Shown: piece by piece, positions 19,650-27,747 of the stretch
Layout of the letters: each line of letters starts with the position of its first letter
Position numbering within the stretch: the stretch's first letter is position 1
NCBI GenBank assembly: GCA_041640595.1
Contig: JBEPZY010000003.1
Location: 444,342 to 508,341 of the forward strand
Direction: 5' to 3'
DNA length: 64,000 nucleotides
Source: Gemmatales bacterium
GTDB lineage: Bacteria > Planctomycetota > Planctomycetia > Gemmatales > HRBIN36
The notes under the pieces: generated by a model
Seen by the model: only the letters and a program-made list of their open reading frames with translations
The model's database searches: none
Told to the model about the DNA's origin: nothing
Made by a program: the position numbers and the translations under genes

Positions 19650-20896
19650 CAGCCACAGGGGCTAACGGTCCCCCGTTCCTGGTTGCACACGCGACAGAGC
19701 CGTGACGAAAGCGACATTACGTCGCTAACGCGATTCATGGCACAACCACGGGGGGCTTACGCCCCCCGCTCTTGTTTGCACGACGTTTGTTCGCTGCATA
19801 AAGCGACATTGGCAGTGCACATACGCACGTCCGGCTCAAGAGCGGCGGGCGTCAGCCCGCCGTGGTTGGAGAAACGCGCTTGCAGGATGATTCGCTTCGT
19901 GTTCGGCGAACGAACGCACCTTGACAAGAGCGGCGGGCGTTAGCCCGCCGTGGTTGGGGAAACGCACTTGCAGGACGATTCGCTTTATGTTTGGCGAACG
20001 AACGTACCTTGACAAGAGCGGCGGGCGTCAGCCCGCCGTGCTGCCGAAAAACGTATCTGCAACGGCGAGCGATTTTCGCACAGCGACTACGTTTGCCCGG
20101 TGCAAGCAGCCTCACGACCACGGGGGGCTAACGCCCCCCGCTCTTGTGTTAGTGTACGGACGTCCGCCGGCGAAAAACGATTTTTTCGATGCACAAACGC
20201 ACGTCCGGCTCAAGAGCGGCGGGTGTCAGCCCGCCGTGGTTGGGGAAACGCGCTTGCAGGGCGATTCGCTTCGTGTTCGACGAACGAACGCACCTTGACA
20301 AGAGCGGCGGGCGTCAGCCCGCCGTGGGTTTGCAAACCGCATCTGCAACTGCTCTGCGCTGGATTTCCGCGTTGCAGGTTTGCATTTCGAGAACATTCCA
20401 CGGGGGGCTTACGCCCCCCGCTCTTGTGTTAGTGTACGGACGTCCGCCGGCGAAAAACGATTTTTTCGATGCACAAACGCACGTCCGGCTCAAGAGCGGC
20501 GGGCGTCAGCCCGCCGTGGTTGGGGAAACGCGCTTGCAGGGCGATTCGCTTCGTGTTCGACGAACGAACGCACGCCGACCAAGAGCGGCGGGCGTTAGCC
20601 CGCCGTGCTGCCGAAAAACGTATCTGCAACGGCGAGCGATTTTCGCACAGCGACTTACGTTTGCCCGGTGCAAGCAGCCTCACGACCACGGGGGGCTAAC
20701 GTCCCCCGCTCTTGTGTTAGTGTACGGACGTCCGCCGGCGAAAAACGATTTTTTCGATGCACAAACGCACGTCCGGCTCAAGAGCGGCGGGCGTCAGCCC
20801 GCCGTGGTTGGAGAAACGCGCTTGCAGGGCGATTCGCTTCGTGTTCGGGGAACGAACGCACGCCGACCAAGAGCGGCGGGTGTCAGCCCGCCGTGG
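19650..20896. repeat. REP/BIME-like palindrome mosaic, array 1
   Basis: Direct CAAGAGCGGCGGGCGTCAGCCCGCCGTG at 19837, 19925, 20013, 20211, 20299, 20491, 20580, 20779 and 20868; inverted variants near 19650 (degenerate), 19746, 20118, 20398 and 20686; recurring linkers. Confidence 0.92.
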
Positions 20897-20992
20897 CTCG
20901 GAACACGCGTTTGCAGCGGCGAGACCCTTGATATCTACGTCGCCATCCAGAACCGCCATCCGACTCGGAAAGCGCGTTTGCAGCGGCGAGAC
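20897..20992. repeat. Direct-repeat doublet C (29 bp, 27/29 identical, 38-bp insert)
   Basis: CTCGGAACACGCGTTTGCAGCGGCGAGAC versus CTCGGAAAGCGCGTTTGCAGCGGCGAGAC. Confidence 0.8.
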
Positions 20993-21125
20993 TCCGAACA
21001 AACGGAAGACTGGCTAGCGAGACTTTCGGCGGTCGGATTTCAGAACGGCGGTGTACCGATATACCGACCCATCGCTACTTCCGGCCTCGATAGCAAGAGC
21101 GTGGTGCAGAGCCTTGTGTGTTGAC

Positions 21126-21215
21126 GATCCTGGCCAAGCTACGAAGAAGTTGAGGTTTGCTCATGCAAATGCAATCCCTGTAAAAGATCCTGGCCAAGCT
21201 ACGAAGGGGTTGAGG
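21126..21215. repeat. Direct-repeat doublet D (30 bp, 28/30 identical, 30-bp insert)
   Basis: GATCCTGGCCAAGCTACGAAGRRGTTGAGG at 21126 and 21186. Confidence 0.88.
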
Positions 21216-21422
21216 GAAATCCGCGAACATCGCCGCCCAGATGGCGAATCAGAAACAGGTACTGGCGATTATAATCTCAAAGATGACAGCGCCTGTCCCA
21301 GGCAGGCATGGGACCGGCGAGATGGCGTCTGCTCCAGTCGCTGTCCGGTTGGCGAATAAGACGACCGCATAACTCCAGTCAACCCCTCCGAGCACAAATG
21401 GCAAGAGTGCGGGAATGGGCCT

Positions 21423-22193
21423 ATGCTGGCGAAGCGAATCATACCGTGTCTGGATGTAGATCGCGGCCGGGTCGTCAAGGGCGTGAATTTCGTCAACCTG
21501 CGTGACGCAGGTGATCCGGTGGAGATTGCAGCCCGATACGAAGCCCAGGGAGCTGACGAGCTGGTGTTTCTGGACATCACCGCCAGCCACGAAGGCCGCG
21601 ATATTATGCTCGACGTGGTGCGTCGAGTGGCCGATACGATTTTTATGCCCTTTACCGTCGGCGGTGGCATTCGCACACTCGAGGATGCGACGCGGCTCAT
21701 TCAGGCCGGGGCCGAAAAGGTCAGCATCAATTCCGCAGCGGTGCGGACGCCGGAGTTGATTACGCAAATAGCTCGCAAGTTCGGCCGGTGTGCCACTGTG
21801 GTCAATATTGACCCGCGGAAGGTACGCAGGAATGGTCGGGTGATGTACGAGGTGTTCATCAACGGAGGGCGAATTCCGACAGGTCTGGACGCCCTTGAGT
21901 GGGCCAAACGCGTCGAACAACTGGGAGCCGGTGAAATTGTCCTGACCTCGATGGATTGCGACGGCACCAAAGCCGGATATGATCTGGAATTGACCCGGCT
22001 GGTGAGCGAAAGCGTAAACATCCCAGTCGTGGCCAGCGGTGGAGCAGGGTCGCCCGAACACATTTATCAGGCCCTGACGATAGGCGGAGCGGATGCGGCA
22101 CTGGCGGCCAGCATCTTTCACTACAACGAACACGGTATCCGTGAGGTCAAAGCCTACCTGGCACAACGCGGCGTGCCAGTACGGCTGACCTGA
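21423..22193 (+). CDS. hisF: Imidazole glycerol phosphate synthase cyclase subunit
   Basis: [25 protein letters not shown] and ALAASIFH. Confidence 0.97.
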   Translation: MLAKRIIPCLDVDRGRVVKGVNFVNLRDAGDPVEIAARYEAQGADELVFLDITASHEGRDIMLDVVRRVADTIFMPFTVGGGIRTLEDATRLIQAGAEKVSINSAAVRTPELITQIARKFGRCATVVNIDPRKVRRNGRVMYEVFINGGRIPTGLDALEWAKRVEQLGAGEIVLTSMDCDGTKAGYDLELTRLVSESVNIPVVASGGAGSPEHIYQALTIGGADAALAASIFHYNEHGIREVKAYLAQRGVPVRLT

Positions 22194-22313
22194 ATTTCGG
22201 CCCGGAGGGTTATGGATTTTGTGCCCCTACGGCTGTAAACTAATAGATGCACCGGGTCAAAAATTGCGGGGAAGGAGGCGTCTTTTCTTATTCGAGTAGT
22301 TGAGGAGGCGACG

Positions 22314-23501
22314 ATGGCACAGGCGGTCACCGGTAGCGAGCAAAATGCTGTCCCGGCAGCACCACGTAAAGAGCCGGAGATCAACAAACTCTTCCGTGCG
22401 GTAGTGAAACTGGAAGGTTCCGACTTGCATCTGAAGGTGGGCCAGCCACCCATGGTGCGGGTCAAAGGCCTGATTCGCCGACTCGATCACCCGCCGTTGA
22501 CCCAGGAAGATATGGAGCGGCTGTTTTTGCCGATCATGAAGGAACAACATCGCAAGGTGTTTTTCGAGACCGGCGGTGTGGACTTCGCCCACGTGATTGG
22601 CGAAGATGAACACCGTTTCCGTGTCAACATGTTTCGCCAGCGGGGCAAATGGGGCCTGGTCGCTCGCCGCGTCAACAATGTCATCCCACCGTTTGAGAAG
22701 CTCGGTCTGCTCATTCCCGAACAGGAGAAGGTTCGCAAGCCCGGAGAACCGGCGACCATCGAAAAACTGTGCATGTTCGATCAGGGGTTGATCATTCTGG
22801 CCGGCGTTACCGGTTCTGGTAAAAGCACGACCATTGCCGCCATGCTGGAATACATCAACTCCCGCGAGCCGGTTCACATTCTGACTCTGGAAGACCCGAT
22901 CGAATACCTGTTCCAGGACAAAAAGGCGATAGTGAACCAGCGGGAGATCTACGTGGACGTTTGCGACTGGCACACGGCTCTGAAGCACGCGGTGCGACAG
23001 GACCCGGACGTGATTCTGGTCGGGGAGTTGCGTGACCGGGAGTCATTCGAGTCGGCGGTACACGCGGCGGAGACCGGGCACCTGGTGTTCGGCACAGTGC
23101 ACGCTTCCAGCGCCGCCAGCACGATTAGCCGCATCCTCGACCTGTTCCCGCCCGACATGCACGGGGCGATCCGTCAGGCGCTGGCCTTCAACCTCAAGGC
23201 GGTCATCTGCCAGAAACTGCTCCCCTCAATCAAGCCTGGCAAATCCCGGGTGCCGCTTCTGGAAATCATGATCGTCAACCAGGTCATCCGCGAACTGATT
23301 CTGAAGGGCGAAGATAAGAAAATCCAGGACGCCATCCGTCTGGGTTATCCGGAAGGCATGATTGACTTCAACGAACACCTGCGGCAGCTGGTAGAAGCCG
23401 GAGAAATCAGTCGGGAGACGGCTCTGGAAGTCTCGCCCAACCCGGACGCGCTCAAGATGGCACTGAAAGGAATCAAAGTAGCACAACCTGGCATTCTATA
23501 A
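22314..23501 (+). CDS. pilT: PilT/PilU family type IV pilus ATPase
   Basis: GSDLHL, GVTGSGKST, TLEDPIE, RQDPDVILVGELRD and ETGHLVFGTVH. Confidence 0.92.
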   Translation: MAQAVTGSEQNAVPAAPRKEPEINKLFRAVVKLEGSDLHLKVGQPPMVRVKGLIRRLDHPPLTQEDMERLFLPIMKEQHRKVFFETGGVDFAHVIGEDEHRFRVNMFRQRGKWGLVARRVNNVIPPFEKLGLLIPEQEKVRKPGEPATIEKLCMFDQGLIILAGVTGSGKSTTIAAMLEYINSREPVHILTLEDPIEYLFQDKKAIVNQREIYVDVCDWHTALKHAVRQDPDVILVGELRDRESFESAVHAAETGHLVFGTVHASSAASTISRILDLFPPDMHGAIRQALAFNLKAVICQKLLPSIKPGKSRVPLLEIMIVNQVIRELILKGEDKKIQDAIRLGYPEGMIDFNEHLRQLVEAGEISRETALEVSPNPDALKMALKGIKVAQPGIL

Positions 23502-23699
23502 CAGGTATAACTTCCGCGCCTTTTTCCCAGTCTTTTCAGCGCGGTGGCGACGACGAAGCCCTGGCCGGTTCAGCTAGCGACAAGCTGGGCTTTATTTTCA
23601 CGCTTATTTATTCCTCGTCATCCCAGCAAGCCGTTAGCCAGAGCAACAAGGCCAAGGCTATTCGCAGGCTGACCGCGCTTGAGTGCCGGTGGGGTCTTT

Positions 23700-25418
23700 A
23701 TGCGGTCATTGGTGATCGTCTGGCTGGCGCTGTTCGGGTTCGGGCTGGTTATTGCTCCCGAGCTCGCTTGGGCAGCCGAGTTTCCGCGTGGCGAAGGGTT
23801 TTATTTCAGCGTGCCGAAAATGTTAGCAGTTCTTGCCTATTTTCTGGTCTGGCTGTTTTGTTGCGGCTGGGTAGATGCCGATGCTCAGGAACTCGACCTC
23901 GAACGCCTCACCTGGACAGGTATGACCATTGCCGGTGGCGTGGTGGGGCTGTGGTTATTCTGGTTGATGCCGCGTTTCTTCATCGGATACGTTCTGGCTC
24001 TGACCCTTCTGGCCGTGCCGGTGTTCTCGTACCTGCTTGGTCGCGATGCTCAGGTGGACCCGGTGCAAAGGGTGCTGACCAGCCGTCAGTTCAAGCGCCT
24101 GCTGCAAAAGGTATTTCGCATTGACCTGGGCGTGCCCGACGAACCGCCCAAAGCGAAACCGGTGCGGATACACTTTCTGCCCATCGGAGAAGAACGGCCC
24201 CAGCGAAACAGACGCTTACAGAAAGCGCGAGCCCAGCGGGGTTATCGTACCCTGCAAATGTTGCTGGAGGAAGCTTACCGTCGCCGGGCCAACGGCATCC
24301 GTGTGGAGATCGGCTCGGCAGGGGGGATGGTGCATTACCAGGTGGATGGCCTGCCCCATGCCGCGGTCGTCCTCGGACCGGGTCGGGCAGACGGTCTGGT
24401 GCGGGTGTGCTTGACGCTGGCGCAACTAAACTGGCCCCCGAACGGGCAACGTGTCCGTGGCGATTTCCCCTGTCAAATCGAACGCCAGCGCTATCGTGTT
24501 CGCGTCAGTTTCGATCGCCAGGAACTCAGAAGCCATCTGACGCTACGCCTGTATGCTGAAACCCATCGGGTTCCGGCCCTGCGGGAACTGGGCTTTGCTC
24601 CGGTGGTAGTGCAACAGTTGCAGCGGATTCTCAGCGGGCAGCGGGGTTTATTGATCATCTGCGGGCCGGAAGACAGTGGGCGAACCCAGCTGGCCTACAC
24701 CTTGTTGCAGGCCGCTCACCAACGCGGTTTACAGGCCACCAGCGTGGAATGGCCCTGCGACGTTCACCTCGAAGGTATCCGCTGGGTACCGGCAGAACCT
24801 CAGGCGGATGAACGTTTCCCGGCAGCGCTGAAACGCGTGCTGGGAGAAGTCAACGCCGACGTGGTGTTGGCCGGGGACCTGGATTCCAGGGAATTGTTCA
24901 GCGTGGCCTGCCAGCGAGCCGCCAAGCTGGACTTGCTTCTCATCGGCACCATCACGGCCGACGACGCCGTCCAGGGTTTGCAAAAGCTCTTCGAACTGGG
25001 GCTGACCCCGGCCGGATTTGCCCGACTGCTTACCGGTGTGCTGGCCGTGCGCCTGGTGCGGACGCTTTGCCCGGCTTGCAAAGTGAAATTTAAACCCAAC
25101 CCCGAACTGTTACGGCGAGCGAATCTTCCCGCCGAGCGGGTGCAATTTCTGTATCGTTCACCAGAACGAACGGCCAACCAGGACGGCGTGGTCTCCTGCA
25201 TAAGCTGCCAGGACCTTGGCTATCGCGGACGCATGCCGATCGTGGAACTGCTCCTGCCTACGGATGAACTGCGGGAACTGGTCAAAACTCGCCCTACGCC
25301 AGCCGTGCTCAGAGAGGCTGCCCTTCGCAGTGGCATGAGGCCTTTTTCCACGGAAGCGCTGCGGCTGGCTCTGGATGGACATACTTCGCTTATGGAAGTC
25401 GCCAGCTACTTGCAATAA
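23700..25418 (+). CDS. Membrane-anchored GspE/PilB-like protein with degenerate ATPase motifs
   Basis: N-terminal TM helices; LRELGF, GPEDSGRT, RLVRTLCPAC, CISC and GYRGRMPIVE. Confidence 0.8.
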   Translation: MRSLVIVWLALFGFGLVIAPELAWAAEFPRGEGFYFSVPKMLAVLAYFLVWLFCCGWVDADAQELDLERLTWTGMTIAGGVVGLWLFWLMPRFFIGYVLALTLLAVPVFSYLLGRDAQVDPVQRVLTSRQFKRLLQKVFRIDLGVPDEPPKAKPVRIHFLPIGEERPQRNRRLQKARAQRGYRTLQMLLEEAYRRRANGIRVEIGSAGGMVHYQVDGLPHAAVVLGPGRADGLVRVCLTLAQLNWPPNGQRVRGDFPCQIERQRYRVRVSFDRQELRSHLTLRLYAETHRVPALRELGFAPVVVQQLQRILSGQRGLLIICGPEDSGRTQLAYTLLQAAHQRGLQATSVEWPCDVHLEGIRWVPAEPQADERFPAALKRVLGEVNADVVLAGDLDSRELFSVACQRAAKLDLLLIGTITADDAVQGLQKLFELGLTPAGFARLLTGVLAVRLVRTLCPACKVKFKPNPELLRRANLPAERVQFLYRSPERTANQDGVVSCISCQDLGYRGRMPIVELLLPTDELRELVKTRPTPAVLREAALRSGMRPFSTEALRLALDGHTSLMEVASYLQ

Positions 25419-25491
25419 CGAAGCCGATCCACTCCGAGAGCCTGCTGGCCGGGCTTGCCATGCTGATTGTGCCAAACTTCCGAGTACCGCC

Positions 25492-26157
25492 ATGCTGGAA
25501 CTGCTGACCGTCGTGCTGACGCTGGCCACGGCTGCCTGGTTCGCCAACCAGGGTTTGTTTTTCGCCGCGGTGATGTGGTTCACCGTCTGGCTGGCGGGAT
25601 TTTTCGCCTTCTGGCTTTTCGAACCGCTGGCAGGCATCCTGGAAGCGTTGTGCGGCCCTTTCGCGGATGCGGTAGCGCTGACCGGATTATTCGCCCTGGG
25701 AGTCGTGGCCTTGCGCTGGGCTCGCCGGGTCCTGGTGCGACACGAGATCGAATTTCCCATCTGGGTGGAACGTGCCGGTGGGGCCGGCTTTGGTCTGCTG
25801 ACGGGATATGGTCTTGCCGGACTGATCTTTTGCGTCTGGCAGACACTTCCCGTGCAGGAACGCTTCCTGGGCTACGATCCCCAGCAGGGCGTCGGACTGG
25901 GCAAACCGGACCGCCTCTGGCTGGCCGCTATGCACCGCGCCAGTCGTGAGCAGCTGGCCCGTGGCGATCCGACTCTGGAGGAGCGCTACGTGTTCGACCC
26001 GGACGGGAGTTTCGTCTGGCGTTACGCCCGCTTTCGGCGAATTCCCTCAAGTCGGCCAGAAGCAGATGCCGCGGCGCAAGGCGAAACCCGACAACCTCGG
26101 CATCCGCGCGAGGAATTCCCATTCGGTCCTGTTTATGAACCCCGGCAGCAAGATTGA
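25492..26157 (+). CDS. CvpA-like membrane protein
   Basis: Four hydrophobic segments; xGLF motif and ERAGGAGFGLLTG. Confidence 0.65.
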   Translation: MLELLTVVLTLATAAWFANQGLFFAAVMWFTVWLAGFFAFWLFEPLAGILEALCGPFADAVALTGLFALGVVALRWARRVLVRHEIEFPIWVERAGGAGFGLLTGYGLAGLIFCVWQTLPVQERFLGYDPQQGVGLGKPDRLWLAAMHRASREQLARGDPTLEERYVFDPDGSFVWRYARFRRIPSSRPEADAAAQGETRQPRHPREEFPFGPVYEPRQQD

Positions 26158-27488
26158 TCGGCCAGCCCCAGGCGCTGACCAACCGCATCAACCAATTCCG
26201 CGTCCGGAACCTTGACCTGATCACCGGAACGCAAATCTTTCACCTGCCAGACGCCCTGAGCGATTTCCTGCTCGCCGCCAATGATCGCCAGCCGGTGCCC
26301 GCGCCTGTTGGCATAGCGAAGCTGAACGTCGAGCTTTTTCGGCTCCGGGTACAATTCGGTGCCGATCTTCGCCTGGCGGAGCCGCGCTGCCAGCCGAGCG
26401 TACAGCGCAAGCTTGTCGGGCACAAAGAACACCACCAGCACCGGAGCGGTGGCACAGCTTTGCGGCAACATTTTCAGTTCCTGCATGGCCGCCAGCACCC
26501 GATCCAGTCCCAGCGACGCTCCCACACCCGGCAAAACCTGTTTCGTGTACAAACTGGCGAGATTATCATACCGTCCCCCGGAACACACGCTGCCGATCCC
26601 CGGCAGGTCGTCGAGGAAGGTTTCGTACACCGTGCCGGTGTAGTAATCCAGTCCGCGAGCAATCGCCAGATCGATTTGCACGACCCCTTCAGGAATCCCC
26701 GCTGCCTGCGTGACTTCACACAGCTCCCGCAAACAGGCCAGGCCGTGTGCGGTTCTGGCGTTGTGGCCGAACTCCGACTCGACACGGCGGAAAATTTCCT
26801 GCGGCGAACCGCGAATCTCCGCCAGATCGAGAATCCGCTTCGCCTGCTCCGCAGCGATCCCCACACGCTCTCGCAATTCCTCCTCCACGCCACTGCGGCC
26901 AATTTTGCCGTATTTGTCCAACGCGCGCAAAACCGAAGTGCTTTTGTCGGCCAGACCCAGTTCCTCCAGCAGACCGTTCAGCACCTGCCGGTGGTTGACG
27001 TGTATGCGAAAGCGCTCGAAACCGATGGCTCGCAAAAGGTCGTAAATGACAAACACCACCTCGATGTCGGCCGCGTTGGCGGTCGTGCCGATGGTGTCGA
27101 AATCGCACTGGATAAATTCACGGTATCGGCCCCGCTGCGGATTTTCCCCACGCCAGACCGGCCCGATGTGGTACCGTTTGAATGGCGTCCCCAGCCGACC
27201 GATATGTTCCGCGGCAAAGCGGGCGAATGGTACCGTCAGATCAAACCGCAGCGCTACCTCCCGTCCGCCCGCATCCTGGAAACGGTATAGCTGTTTATCG
27301 GTTTCTTCCCCGCCCTTGCCCAGGAGAATCTCCGCGTATTCCAGGGCCGGCGTGTCCATCGGCAGGTAACCGTAAGAACGATACACCTGCCGCACCCGGG
27401 CAATGACCTCTTCGCGCGGCAGCTGCAATTCCGGCGGATAATCGCGAAAGCCCTTCAGCGTTCTCGGTTCGATCAGCGTCTGCGTCAC
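26133..27488 (-). CDS. hisS: Histidine--tRNA ligase
   Basis: KGFRDY, LRFDLTVPFAR, WRGENPQRGRYREF, ARGLDYYTG and GGRYD. Confidence 0.97.
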   Translation of the reverse strand: MTQTLIEPRTLKGFRDYPPELQLPREEVIARVRQVYRSYGYLPMDTPALEYAEILLGKGGEETDKQLYRFQDAGGREVALRFDLTVPFARFAAEHIGRLGTPFKRYHIGPVWRGENPQRGRYREFIQCDFDTIGTTANAADIEVVFVIYDLLRAIGFERFRIHVNHRQVLNGLLEELGLADKSTSVLRALDKYGKIGRSGVEEELRERVGIAAEQAKRILDLAEIRGSPQEIFRRVESEFGHNARTAHGLACLRELCEVTQAAGIPEGVVQIDLAIARGLDYYTGTVYETFLDDLPGIGSVCSGGRYDNLASLYTKQVLPGVGASLGLDRVLAAMQELKMLPQSCATAPVLVVFFVPDKLALYARLAARLRQAKIGTELYPEPKKLDVQLRYANRRGHRLAIIGGEQEIAQGVWQVKDLRSGDQVKVPDAELVDAVGQRLGLADQSCCRGS

Positions 27489-27703
27489 GGTCAGTTCCCG
27501 AAAAAGCGGCGACCAGGAGCGGCGAGCGTCAGCCCTTGGCTTTTATACGCTGCCTGAATCGTTTGCTATTGTATGCCGCGCTGCCTCGTCTGCCGCGGAG
27601 TATTTGCGTAAAATTGAAGTGGAAACATCTACCACCGGGCGACGCCAAGCGCGGGCGTCGCTTTTCATTTCTGGCCACCACAGTCGGCAGGCGGAACTTC
27701 GAT

Positions 27704-27728
27704 AGCGGCGGGTATAAACCCGCCGTGG
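27704..27728 (+). repeat. Solo degenerate REP copy (others near 13569, 16233, 27514, 35805 and 36088)
   Basis: AGCGGCGGGTATAAACCCGCCGTGG keeps the hairpin. Confidence 0.65.
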
Positions 27729-27747
27729 TGCCTGCTACGCGCCAGCA

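Noticed and set aside
19650..20896. REP array 1 as a CRISPR array
   Set aside because: The intervening sequences are themselves repeated, orientations alternate, and no cas genes are nearby
20189..21124. 311-aa ORF and other ORFs inside the REP arrays
   Set aside because: They are translations of repeat DNA in several frames, with no RBS or domain signal
27638..27670. Hairpin plus T-run in the gyrA leader as an attenuator or riboswitch
   Set aside because: No recognisable aptamer or leader peptide is present
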